From assembly GCF_036321535.1 (NCBI RefSeq), contig NC_087436.1:18912001-18976000 (forward strand): DNA of 64,000 nt, read 5' to 3'. The notes beneath the pieces were generated by a model. That model searched no databases, was not told where the DNA came from, and was given only the letters and a program-made list of their open reading frames with translations. The position numbers and the translations under genes are program-made. Shown in pieces: positions 1 through 11,893 of this stretch (positions within the stretch are counted from its first letter, which is position 1; every line of letters starts with the position of its first letter). Origin of the DNA: Camelus dromedarius. Lineage: Eukaryota.

Positions 1-224
1 GATAATTTAGTAACATAACAATGATAATTAATTATCATTAGTATCCTAGCAATGATAATAACTAGACAATTATAATGATTAAGATTAAAAAATGATAACT
101 CACACGTGTTTAGACAACTTGAAGCCCTTCATTGTCTATGTTAAAAGCACTACAGAGCCCTTCTCTCCCTTCCCTGGAAAATTCAGTCCTAAGTCCATCA
201 GTTTGAACAAAGCAGGCATCCTAG

Positions 225-981
225 GCATGTGCAGTGAGGGGCAGCAGGGGTCGAGAGTGCAAGCAGGGTGAAGGTGGTCCACACCAGGGCACTGGTGTCA
301 GAGCCCTGGCAGGGCAAGAAGGATATTCCTGCAAAGGGGAGGGGAGCCTTGGGTGGGGAGTCAGAAACCAATCAGAGTAAGGAGGGCATCTATAGAGAGG
401 GAATGAGAAGCTGGCAAAGGGTGTCAGAACTTGATCACGGTAAGGGGTGAGTCCGTGAAGAGGAGGGGGGTCCCAGAGTGGGGGGTTGGAACCCAAGTGG
501 GAAAAGAAGAGCATCTCCAAGGAGTGCTCGCCTGGCAGGGGTGGTGGAGTACAAGCAGGGAGAGGAGAATGTTCTTGCTGGGAGTGACCTCGGGTGGGGT
601 TTTAGGGACCAAGTAGAGGGGAGAAGGGGGACATAGTGAGGGGTATCAGAGCTCAAGTAAGATGAGGAGGGTTTCCTTGCAAAGGGGAGATATGAGGTGT
701 CAGAAGCCAGGAAAGGTGAGAGGCTGTCCACGTGAAAATGCAGCTTGGAATGTGGAATCAGAGCTGTGGCCGAGAGAAGAGACAGCCACACAGGGAAGAC
801 TGTCAGTGGGACTGACCAATTAAGTATATATACATAAACAATTGGAGACAGTTTTCTCACTTTTGAAGAAGGGAGTTAGAAATACAAAAAGGGAGGAAAC
901 TAGAATAAACCTTGTTTATTCATTCGTTCATATGTTGGACTGGACTTGCTGCAAGTATCTGTGTGAACTCAGGGTCTGCGA

Positions 982-1037
<56 letters not shown>

Positions 1038-1150
1038 TAGGTTTAAAAGTATAATTGAATGGATATGGAAGTGATTTGTATATATATCTACCTACATGTA
1101 TTTCCTGGCTCTTTCCAACAGAAGAGGCTTGGAATAGTGACACTCTTAAC
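225..1150 (+). mobile_element. Ancient L1 3' UTR fragment (L1MC3/L1MD-like) with an internal degenerate G-rich tandem array
   Basis: Repeated GTGTCAGAGC...AGGGTGAGGAGGG units are followed by 'gactgaccaattaagta...ttctcacttttgaagaagggagtta...tgtgaactca', which resembles the recalled L1MC3-type 3' region. Confidence 0.6.
980..1040 (+). repeat. Compound (GATA)n(GACA)n microsatellite
   Basis: Read directly from the sequence. Confidence 0.97.
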
Positions 1151-1339
1151 CTTAAAGGCAAGACATTCCAAATGTCTGCTCTCTAGAGCATTCATATGAT
1201 TAGCCAGATTCATGCCACTAGAAATGTGTGGCTGGAATCTCAACTAAACATTCAACATCACCCAGAGATTCTTCTCTGTGTACTATGTATCTCTGTGTCA
1301 TTTTCCAGTGTGGCTGTTTGAGATTCCTTACCTTTCTCA

Positions 1340-2376
1340 AACTCTTTACCTAATTCCTCTCCTGTCACTCTTAGTAGCAAATCTTGCCAGAAGATCTCAG
1401 AGAAAACAGAAGCAAGAGAATTTCCCGAATTCCTGCCACCAAATTTAAATTTTGACCTTCAGCCACATCTATCATTTCGTCTTTCCTCCTGTTCCCGTGG
1501 AAGACGTGTCTCCTCCAAGGCTGCTTCCTCAGTCTGCACTCTGGATCATATCCCATCTTATGTCCTCAGGGAGCACTTTATTGATTGTCCCTTCCCTTTG
1601 TATCTTCAGTCTTCTATATGGACTTGTTAACATGCTCAGTTTTCTCCCTTCCCTTCCTTCCTTGAACTATGACACCATTGCTCTGACCACCTTCAACTTG
1701 TATATGGGCCACTGTAATCCATGTTTGCCTGAAATCTGTGTTTTACTCTGTAGTCAGTGTTAATGTTCTGACACGGAAATCTATTTTCATGGCTCCCCTG
1801 CTTAAAAACTCCCAAAGACTCCCATTGTCCTCAGGATAAAATTCAAAACATTTAAAATGGCTGATGAGACCCTTTACAACTCTGTTGTTTACTTCCTTGA
1901 AAACCCGAGCACCATCCACATCCTCTACCCCCATCCTACCTCCATTCCCACTCTCCCCACAACACCCACCCACACCCACCAATATACATGGTTACATACT
2001 TGTAATTTCTGGAACGTGTCTCTCATCTCTGGAATTTTGAAAATATGTCTAGTTCTGATTAGAACATTCTTCCCCCTGGTCTCTACTGGGATAAATTTTT
2101 GTCATCCTTTACGTTTCAGTTTGATGTTGTTTCCCCTGTAAAATTATCCTGACACCCAAGACTGTCTGGTAATTTGCCCTCATGGCTCCTAGTACTTATC
2201 TTGGTCTTAGTCCTCAGCATACTCTTGGAATTCGCTGTTTACTTGCGCTCACCAGGACGTCAACACTTCCAGGCGCGATCAGTTGTGCTTGCTTGTCTGT
2301 CTCTTCCTGTTGCCTGGTTCAGTAGCTCACCCACAGTGGCTGAGGCACCATTAAACGTTTGTTGAATGAATGAATG
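1340..2376 (+). mobile_element. L2 LINE fragments ending in the L2 3' tail
   Basis: Contains 'cccctgcttaaaaactcccaaagactcccattgtcctcaggataaaattcaaa' and ends in 'gtttgttgaatgaatgaatg'. Confidence 0.75.
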
Positions 2377-2605
2377 GATCCCTGTCAAAGAAAGATTATA
2401 TAATGCCAGCAAAGAAATTTTAAACGCTAAAAAAAAAAAAAGTTCGGGAAACTGCATGATTCAGATGCAGCTAAAATGCATCAGAGTTGGTGGGCAGGAG
2501 CTTCTTACTTAATGCAATAATAATTATTTTGGGGGGAGACCATCTCGCTTTGGGGGCAGGGATGTTGTACAGACGATGGGGCTGGAGAACTGGGAGAAGA
2601 TATTG

Positions 2606-2657
2606 TTTAGATACTATTTTTTTTATTGGTCTGTATTTTTTTTTTAGATACTATTTT
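2606..2657 (-). mobile_element. Tail-only retroinsertion with a 15-bp TSD
   Basis: TTTAGATACTATTTT at 2606-2620 and 2643-2657 flanks a 22-bp T-rich insert; the reconstructed empty site reads TTTT/AA. Confidence 0.6.
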
Positions 2658-2959
2658 AAAGACCTGGCTAGAAGTTTCTCTCCTTGTCATTAGGGATTAG
2701 AACACCTGTTCAGAAAAGGGATAAAATGAGTTCCACTTTAGCAGCAGTCACTGAACTATAATGGAGGGGTAACTGGAAAGAAAAAGAAGTATTTAATCAA
2801 TCTTCCCAGAAGGAACTTAAGGCCCTAACATGCTTCTTTCTCCTATTTTTCCTGTTTCATCAACCAGTCCTTCCCTTGCCCTGACACTACTGCTATGATC
2901 ACTGTCTACTTTATATGGGTTCCTCTAGTCTACATTTTCCTGAAATCTATTCTCACGAG

Positions 2960-3052
2960 ATGTAACTTACTTATCTTTACGTCCACAGTGCCAATGCAGT
3001 ACTTGGGACAAAGTATCGCCCAATAAACTACTTGTTAAATAAAGAAATGAAA
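2960..3052 (+). mobile_element. L2 3'-end fragment
   Basis: 'cagtacttgggacaaagtatcgcccaataaactacttgttaaataaagaaatgaa' is a degenerate L2 tail. Confidence 0.5.
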
Positions 3053-3335
3053 GGGAGTAATGGCCTCCTTGATCCAAGTCTATCACTTTACATGTTGTTC
3101 TTCAAAAGGAGTTGCAATTCTTTTACTTGTCATGTACTTTGTTGGTGAGATTTTGGGAATATCTAGATGTTTATCATGATTACCACCCTGTATTTTTACT
3201 CATTTCTATTGTATGGTCAATGGTAATACAGTATTTTTATGAGACGCTCTCTGCTGGGCACTAATACTATCACACCCAAGTTTTACTCTGCCTAGGCGGA
3301 GGCATCTCAGGAGAACGGTGCCTCCTGTAAACTCT

Positions 3336-3343
3336 ATTTTTTT

Positions 3344-3415
<72 letters not shown>

Positions 3416-3612
3416 TTGAAGTCTAGTTGATTTACAATGTTGTGTTAGTTTTAAGTGTATAGCAAAGCAGTTCAGTTATACATATATATTCTTTGTAAGG
3501 TTCTTTTCCATTCTACCTAATGACAAAATACTGAATATAGTTCCCTGTGCTATAAAGTAGGTCTTTGTTGTTTATCTATTTTGTGTACAGTAGTGTGTAT
3601 CTGTTAATCCTT
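3336..3612 (-). mobile_element. 5'-truncated L1 3' UTR (cetartiodactyl type) with a (TTTA)n tail
   Basis: Contains 'attgaagtctagttgatttacaatgttgtgttag...atagttccctgtgctata'; TSD TAAACTCT at 3328-3335 and 3613-3620. Confidence 0.9.
3345..3414 (+). repeat. (TTTA)n microsatellite derived from the L1 poly(A) tail
   Basis: Read directly; it sits at the 3' end of the L1. Confidence 0.95.
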
Positions 3613-4544
3613 TAAACTCTGTTAATTATGAAATTGGGGCCAGTTGACGTCCCTGCTTTTCCCCTTATCAATAAATTTGCCATTATCTATATTCTTCCAG
3701 AGGACCGTACCATGATCTTTACCTCTCCTCTTATCTTCGCAAACATGTTTTGATATGTTTACTCACCCAGGCTCCTTTCCCATTTTCTTCCTACCCCATC
3801 GACTGATCCCAAGAGCAAAATTACATAAGATTGAAACAAACCCAGCTCCCAGGGCTGCTGACCCAAAGCAGGTCACAGCCCCGGGGACATCTTCTCTGCA
3901 GCGCTCAAACCTCACATTCCATGCTGGTCATGCTTTCCCTTGTTAATCCTGGCTCCACATGAAACCCGATTTAGAAGCCAAAGTTTGGTTAAGCACTTTT
4001 CCACTGACCAGCTTTGGCTCTGATCTTTGATGGCAGATGTAATTTTCAACCTATGTATGTGAGTCATCTAAGCTGGTCATTTGTTGAGAAGTGAGGACAC
4101 TGCTGCTTTACTTAAGGGTATTTGTAAATTTCTTATAAAGTTGTCACTATCCAGCAGAAAACCCCCACTAACTTCCCTTAATACGTTAATTAAAGATTAC
4201 TTATTCTCTGTTTAAGGACATTTCTTCTCAGGAGATTGCTTTGCAAAGCAGTAGCATAAACTATACTGAACATGTCAAGGACACAAATAGCTGCCTGGAA
4301 AAGTTCATTTCCCCGAAAGTGAGGACAAACATAGCTCTCTCTCTGTTTATGTCAGTAACTGTATTTTCTCTAGTTTAGTTTGTAAAGGCTCATGGCCCAC
4401 CCAAAGACATCCATCAGGATATCCAACCTCTGAAACACTCTTACCCCAAAGTACCAACTAACTGGTCTTGTTACATCTCCCTGGGGCTGGACTACAGGAG
4501 TTGAGATAAGCACTCACTTTTCAGTTCTTGTCCCACTCATGTCC

Positions 4545-4718
4545 TCATTCAGTACGTATTTACTTTATCCTTCCTGTGACCCAAGCACTATTATTGGTGC
4601 TGAAGATACAGCAGAGTGAATTCCTCCTCATGACCAGTGGAAGGAATCAGAAGACAGACAGGTGATGAATGGGGAGCTGCAGAAAGTGTCAGATAGGGAA
4701 AGTGGCACATAGAGTATT
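4545..4718 (-). mobile_element. L2 fragment (left part, interrupted by an L1)
   Basis: 'cattcagtacgtatttac...caagcactattattggtgctgaagatacagcag' is the antisense of an L2 3' end. Confidence 0.55.
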
Positions 4719-4732
4719 AAAAAGGGAGTCTG

Positions 4733-5770
4733 CAGGTCCATTCATGTTGCTGCAAATGGCATTATTTTGTTCTCTTTTACAGCTGATTAGTATCTATTGT
4801 ATGTGTATATACACACACACACACATATATTTACACACATACTACGACTTTATCCAGTCATCTGTCGGTGAACATTTAGATTGCTTCCATGTCTTGGCTG
4901 TTGTAGATAGTACTGCTATGAACATTGGGTTGCATGTATCTTTTCACATTAGAGTTCTCTCCAGATAAATGCCCAGGAGTGGAACTGCTGGATCATACAG
5001 TAACTCAATTTTTAGTTTTTAAAGGAATCTCCATACTGTTCTCCATAGTGGCTGTACCAAAGTACATTTCCACCAACAGTGTAGGAGGGTTCCCTTTTCT
5101 CCACACCTTCTCCAGCATTTATTGTTTGTGGGCTTTTTAATGATGGCCATTCTGACTGGTATGAGGTGATACCTCATTGTAGTTTTGATTTGCATTTCTT
5201 TGATAATTAGTGATGTTGAGCATTTTTTCATGTGTGTATTGGCCATTTGTATGTCTTCATTGGAAAAATGTTTGTCTTTTGCCCATTTTTGAATTGGGTT
5301 TTTTTTTTGTTGTTGTTGTTGTTATATGAGCTGTTTGTATATTATAGAAATTAAGCCCTTGTCAGTCATACTAAGTGAAGTAAGCCAGAAAGAGAAAGAA
5401 AAATATCAGATGATATTGCTTATATGTGGAATCTTAAAAAAAAAAGACACAAATAAACTTATTTACTAAACAGAGACAGATTCACAGATGTAGAAAACAA
5501 ATTTATGGTTACTGGTGGAGAGAGGGAGTAGGGATGGATAAATTTGGAATTTGCGATTTGCAATTATTAACTACTATATATAAAATAAACAGTAAGGTCC
5601 TACCGTATAGCACAGGGAAACTGTAATCAGTACTTTGTAATAGTAATCAATACTTTGTAATGGCTTATAATGAAAAAGAATATGAAAAGGAATATATATA
5701 TAACTGAATCACTATTCTGTACACCAGAAATTAATACAACATTGTAAATCAACTATACTCATTGATTTAA
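4733..5770 (+). mobile_element. 5'-inverted (twin-primed) L1: antisense part 4733-5368, sense part 5365-5770
   Basis: Minus ORF 5019-5246 encodes the L1 ORF2p Cys-rich C-terminus ([17 protein letters not shown]). The sense 3' UTR runs to an A-tail. TSD AAAAAGGGARTCTG at 4719-4732 and 5771-5784. Confidence 0.92.
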
Positions 5771-5784
5771 AAAAAGGGAATCTG

Positions 5785-6335
5785 ATTGAGTATAAGTGAG
5801 GGTTTGAGGAGGAGGGTTTTTAGACTGTGATTTTGGGGAGGGCTGTTCCAGACAGACCACACTTAAACAGAGAACTAATGACTTGGAGGAGCCAGCCATG
5901 CAGAGGTGAGGACAGGGCATGCTCTGCCCCAGCCCTAAGGCAAGTATAAACTTGGGGTGTTTTTCGGAAAGAAAGAAGGTCCCTGAGTGGCTGAAGTGTA
6001 GTGGGAAAGGAGGCGGTGGTTTAAGATGAAGAAAGGTTTAAAAAGGGCCTTATGAAGCAGGATAGGAAGATGATATTTTTATTTTAAGGCTCTGGAGACC
6101 AGATGGCCTGGCAGTTCCGGGGAGAATGGAGGCAGGAAAAAGAAGGGAGGCCGGTTTCAAGGCCATTGTGGGAGTCCAGGCGACAGAGTGGAGGCTGGGA
6201 CTGGGGTGGTGGTGAGGGAGTGGAGGGAATAAATGAATTTGGGAAACATTTTAGCAGAGATGCTGACAATACTTCGTCTCAGATGGAGTGTGGGGGAACT
6301 GGGTGAATCAAGGATGATTCCTAGGTTTTCTGCTT
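5785..6335 (-). mobile_element. L2 fragment (continuation)
   Basis: Contains 'ggagccagccatgcagagg' and 'gaatcaaggatgattcctaggttttctg', typical of antisense L2. Confidence 0.65.
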
Positions 6336-8104
6336 CCTTCCCCTTCAATATCCGTATTGTGTGGGCTTGAGAACCTCAGAAGCATCCTTCTCAAGAGTAA
6401 ACAGGCATCCAGTGTTCCAGGAAATCACCACAGGGAGGCTTTCAAAACGAGGGGGCCAGGGGACAGTATCTTCTATTTTCCTCCAGACTGGGGAGGTTGT
6501 GGTTTATTTTTATTCGTTGATGAAAACTTCAGGAAAGCTTTTTCAACATGGACATTATTACAAGCAATTAATAAGAGCTTCATTTTAAAAAGATATATTG
6601 TATGGAAAGCTTTTAGCATTTCATCTTGAAACAGACTAAATTGACTCTTTGTCCTCAGCTCTTTTGGATTAAGGAGAGACGTGTGATGAACATTTGTTTG
6701 GGGTTTTTAGCACTACTATGGTTACAGTGTGATGGCTGAAAATGTTCTATCCAGCACATTATTAGTTATTCCATTTCTTGATAAAATAGACATTTAAGAA
6801 CGAGGCAGAGTCTGGGAGTGCAGTGGGGGTGGGGCAACCCAAACTCTGTGAAATGTTTAACCTTTCCACATAGTTCAGCAAAGTTTAGATTTCTGGCAAA
6901 ACGCCTAGACTTTGCAAGGCTGTTCGTGGTTGCAAAACCCGACAAGACCCTAGTGCTTAAATTATTCTGGCTCAGAAGTTGAGAGAATGTGAAGAGAGCA
7001 GAAGGAAAGAAAAACACCCCCCCCCCCCGATAGCTACGGTTGGGCTCAGGGCACAGAGTAAGTAATTTGGAAAGGGATCCTGGGGGTGATGATTACAACC
7101 TCTGATGCCTTAGAGGTACATCAGATGCCTCTGCTGAGGGAATAACCTATCCCCAAAGGGAAAGCAAGTTTGCCATTAAAGGTAAAGTCGGACCTTAAGA
7201 AAACACGACCATCCAAATATGTTGTAAATTAGCAAGAATTGTTTGCCTCACAGAATCACAGCAGTTGTCCTTACACAGAGTAGCTGCAAAGAATAACCAA
7301 GGTATCATGTCTCAGGCATTTAGTCTGGAAAGAGTTGGCTCCATCCAGAAATGCACCAGGTAACCCTCCCTGCCAGGATCAGAGGTTGAATCTTACAGCT
7401 GAAGAAAATAGGGAATTTGTAACTAGCTAGAAGTAATCCCAAATTTCATTACTACATGCCTTTCTTTGGCATGTGTTGACATATATGTTGATTTGAATTC
7501 CCTGGGAGTTTCTCTAAAATTTTTAAGAACATATCTGTCATGTGCAAATAAGAAAATGTAAGCCAATAATTATTAAAATAAAAATATTAGTATTAAAATT
7601 ATGAAAATATTTTGAATGAATGTAGTGTTTCCCACATATGGCCTCCAGAACCCTAATTCTGAGAGGTGGACAGTAAATAAAGAAATTGCTTGAAAAATCA
7701 ATTCAGTGGTCACTAAGATTGGAAAGTTTTTGAATGTCAGTCCAATTTCTCTGTTATATTTATTTTTCTTTTCAAAGCCTGCAGTTGTTTTATGTGTATT
7801 GCAAAGTTCTAGCAGAGTAGACCATCCAATGTTTTCCAAATACATTCGATCACAAAATTTCCCTATTCTCTGCCCCCATCCTTTATCTTTTTGTGAAATA
7901 TATCATCAAACATATGTTCTGAGGCACTTATTAGTAAATACTAATTTATATTTATAGTTTATTAATAGAATATATACCATAGATATGTCTGCAAAATGGG
8001 CACATTTTCACATGTGAGTCTAAGAATAATGGAGAGAGAATCTGATAAAGAGAGGAACAAATGCAGAAATAAACCACAGTAATGGAAGTTGGCAATAAGT
8101 AGGT

Positions 8105-8420
8105 TATAAGAGATAAGAATGCTGTTACCTGTAGAAAAATTCAACCACATTGACTTAAATAATAAGAAATTGAAGGTAGATTGCTTCTTGTTTTATTTCA
8201 GCAACTTAACAATGTTAGATCCAAGATAGCTGCTTATCTTTCGGCTTCCTCATACTTGCAGTATCGTGGCTGTGACTCTGACTCTCACATCTGCATCCTT
8301 GTAGGAAAAAGTGGGAGAAAGGGGAAGGGTTTTGGAGAGTCTGTTCTTTAAATTAGGAAGTTAAAACCATTTTCAGGAACACCACATAATAGTGAATATA
8401 TCTAAGCTTGCCTGTGTTTC
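8105..8420. mobile_element. Old ERVL-MaLR LTR fragment (MLT1J/K-like)
   Basis: 'gataagaatgctgttacctgtagaaaaattcaaccacattgacttaaataataagaaat' resembles the termini of these LTRs. Confidence 0.35.
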
Positions 8421-9559
8421 AGAGCAAAGAGCCGTGGGAGAGATTAAATTGGAATTTTATATTGATAGTTGGGAATTTTTTTGGTGTGACATATGCAGTA
8501 ACAGAAGTGAGGTAAGAGCAAGAGTTTGGAATTATTTCTATGTACCTGTGTTTTGATCTATAGAAATATGGAGGTAGAATATGTTATTTTAGATACATTC
8601 CTTTAGTCAAGTCTTTTGAAGTAGCCAGTCCTTCCTTTGCTGTCTTGGAAATAGTATACTCTCAAAAAAAAAAAAAAATACACATGCACACACACACCTG
8701 CACAGCTTTACAGCTCAGTTGGGAGCAGACATACCCTCCATCCCCAGAAACCCTGTCTAGTGGCTTGTCGTCCTGATCAAGGTCAGTCATTTGCCAGAGG
8801 ACAGAATGTTCTGGGCTTTTCCTCAGATTATTAGTAGACATTGTTGCTTTTACTAGACTGGATCTTCCAGGACCTAAATTCAGCCCATGGCTTCAAATAT
8901 GAAAGCATTTATAGACCTCTAAGATAATTACCATATTTTTTGACTCTCTGAGCTCTTAATGGGGATAAATACACACTAGGAAACAAATTGGTTCAGTTTG
9001 CTTATGAAACTTTGGTAGTGAGAGGCAAACGTGTTGCGACAGCACTATTCTCCTGGAATGGACTTTATTGAAAGGAAGGTCTGTGATGAAAGCTGCAGGA
9101 GGGCCTATCAACTTCTAGTCTGTGAACCAGTAGCAAAAAGGAACAGTTGTTATAAAATTTCTTCTAAAAAATGGCAATTATGTGGACCTCCCATTCATGT
9201 TATAACAAAATCCCACTTACAGTTCTCTGCCATAGAAACTCAAAGCATGTTTCTTATTATTTTTCATTATAAAAGTAATATAAGCTTCATTATCAACCTT
9301 TTGAAAAGTAGAGAAAAATACACCTCTGAATCCAGTCATCCTAAACATGACTGTGGAATCTCTTCTCTTTTCCTCTTTTTCTTTACATCTTTTTTCCTTC
9401 ACTCACTGCGGCGTTATCAGCGTTGTTTTCACGATACAATCTAGCTTCATACTCCTGTGTGAACAATTAGGTTGTTTCCGTTTTTTCCCCAAAGTGCTTT
9501 TGAACCCATATTATCATTCCTCACAGAGTAGTAGTGTTCTTGCTCCTGAATGCAGAAGC

Positions 9560-9910
9560 ATTCAGTTATTCATCAGTGTATTTAATCCTTCAACGGATGT
9601 ATTGATTACCTGCTTACCATGTGCCAAGATGCCATGGGGATACAGACGAGAGACAGTGGCCCCTCATGTCGGGAGTGTGTGGGTAAGTTACACATAGGCG
9701 TGTCTAACTGGGGTTCACAAAACTAGCCATTTATAGAAGGTAACTATAAAAGATAGGTGCTACGGGGATTGAGATGAGTAAGAAAACACTGAGATTGGAA
9801 ATGAAATCACCGCTCAGCCTGTGTACGACGTGGATTTAGAGAGGTGGGGAAGACGGGGCTGGAGGACGTTCCAGGCATAGGCAGAAAACGGAGGGAAATT
9901 ATTGGCTGTG
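9560..9910 (-). mobile_element. L2 fragment
   Basis: Contains 'caacggatgtattgattacctgcttaccatgtgccaagatgccatggggatacag'. Confidence 0.7.
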
Positions 9911-10631
9911 TTTAAAGAGTAGTTACATTTATGCTTGGTCTGCAGAATGGAGTTTATTTTAACCTCAATTTCCTGCATTTCCCGAGGAAAATGGTCTGGA
10001 GATTTTCTATGCTGAAAAATGTTCCCAGTTCTCCTCTGTACTTGTGTGTACAAACTCCATCAGAGAATGCATGTTCGACAGTGGATAGACACAGGTCTCC
10101 TTTTTCCCTGGCGTGAGCTGCTTTTTGCAGACTCATACTCTTTGCTGTCATCTCTTGCAAAATCTAAACAAGGAAAGCCGCAATTCAAAGAGAAGAATCA
10201 AAGCTGTTTTTTCCTTTGCATCCTTAGCCTTACCAGAATGCTCGTGTTGGTTCATATAATTCAGGTAAAAGCTGGAGTTACTAATGAATCCGAAAATGTC
10301 TCTGCATTTTACTTTGTGAGAACAATACTGAAATGTACATGCAAGTTGGGGAAGTGTTAGAATCAAAGTATCTGAGCTGGAGAGGCCTCCGCACAGATCT
10401 GTTACATCACTTAGCCAATGTTTCTCCAGCCTTCTTTATAGATGTCATTTTCCTTATCAAATGGAAGCCTTACCTTAATACCAAATGCAAATTGTATAAA
10501 GCCAGACCCTTAAGCACAGTATCTGAGTCCTTAAAGTTTCTCAGAACACAGACTGAAAAATACTTGTTTCATCTGTCTGCCCATTTTACAAATGGGAAAA
10601 TTGAGTCCTAGACAATCAAGAAAGCATGAAG

Positions 10632-10728
10632 TGACTGGGACATCGTGCGATGCACCAGAAATGGACACATTGTAACTGACTGTACCTCAATTAAAAAAAA
10701 AGAAAGAAAGAAAGAAGAAAAGAAAGAA
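10632..10728 (+). mobile_element. Very short L1 3' end (camelid type) with an A/GAAA tail
   Basis: Contains 'caccagaaatggacacattgtaactgactgtacctcaatt' plus tail; imperfect TSD AAGAAAGCATGAAG (10618-10631) and AAGAAGGCATGGAG (10729-10742). Confidence 0.8.
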
Positions 10729-11893
10729 AAGAAGGCATGGAGGCTCCATTTCCTTGAATTCTATTATGAAAGCAGGTGTATTCAGGACCCAGCATTCTGG
10801 CTGACTCCAAGCCTGTAAACCAGAGATGAATGCATAGGGCTGAGCCACAGTGAGAGTCTCTACTCTTAATACTTCCATCTCCCTTTTTCCAGAGGAAAGG
10901 CAGAAAAAGCTTTCTTTTCTAGGCTGGGATGCAGAGACAATGAGAAGGCATTCCGTGGTGGTCAGCCACACCCTCCACTTCCGGTTCCTCTGGGTCCCAG
11001 CATCTGTGCTCCCTCCTCCCACAGCCCCAAGAGAGCGGGGAGGCTCCCAACAGCACATCCGCCCCTTTGACAGGGCACTGTGGTTCAGGGAGCAGCAAGC
11101 AAGGCCGGGTCCCAGGGCACGAATTCTCATTCTTAAAGAAATACATGGGGCAGAAAAAATGATGTTTACAATCCTACTTGTTCCCAGTTCCAAACCTGGA
11201 AATTCTTCTAGTGAATTGGTTCTATCACACATAAACAATTAGAAGAAAAATATTCAAAGTGAAAAGACCTTCTGGTTCAGCATTTCTACATGCCCTGATA
11301 CCTCACAGGCAAAGCTGCTACTTTTCATTCATACCAAACCTTTTTGATTAAATCTACCCACAGGACAAATGGCCGTGTTTACAATGTGGCTGATCCGTGT
11401 TAGATGTATCTTGTACAGACCACAAATTGGTGAGCTATGAACCAAATGTGGCATGCGGATTTGCTTTGTGTGGCATGCAGGATGTTTTGAAATTTTTGAA
11501 TTAGTTGTCAAAACTGGAAAATTATGAGATTTCATATAAAAATCGACTTTCTCTGTGTCACTTGGAAAAAAAAATCAGAAGATTGGGCCATACCATGTGC
11601 AGAGTCTTAAGGATTGCTGACAAGGTAACGTTGAATCTGAGCCGTGGAGCACCTGCCCCCTTTAGATGGGATGTGCCCTCTTCAGTTTGCTATGATTCCC
11701 AGTGTGTAGCCTGGTGCTTTCCTTCTGGTGTTCAATATTCCTCTGTATCCACATCTCTATTAAAAGTGAGACAGGAAATATGTGACATAGAGAGCACGTG
11801 TTTTTTATGTAGAGCTGGACTAATGTACATGATTTAGTTGCCTCTGTGGGCATTTGAGTCTGCTTCCCCTGGACAGCTTGTGAACAGATAATA

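Noticed and set aside
20..39. Perfect 20-bp palindrome AATGATAATTAATTATCATT
   Set aside because: It lies in low-complexity AT-rich sequence at the window edge, with no supporting context.
225..790. Spaced repeats reminiscent of a CRISPR array
   Set aside because: The units are highly diverged and irregular, the context is mammalian with no cas genes, and an L1 3' UTR array explains them.
5019..5246. ORF with a Cys-rich, protein-like sequence
   Set aside because: It is the L1 ORF2p C-terminus within a truncated element, not a host gene. The same applies to 17870-18052, 45677-46532, 54883-55092 and 63738-63938.
10687..11238. Longest ORF in the track (183 aa, minus strand)
   Set aside because: No recognisable homology; it runs into an antisense L1 tail (poly-Phe), and overlapping ORFs on both strands suggest chance.
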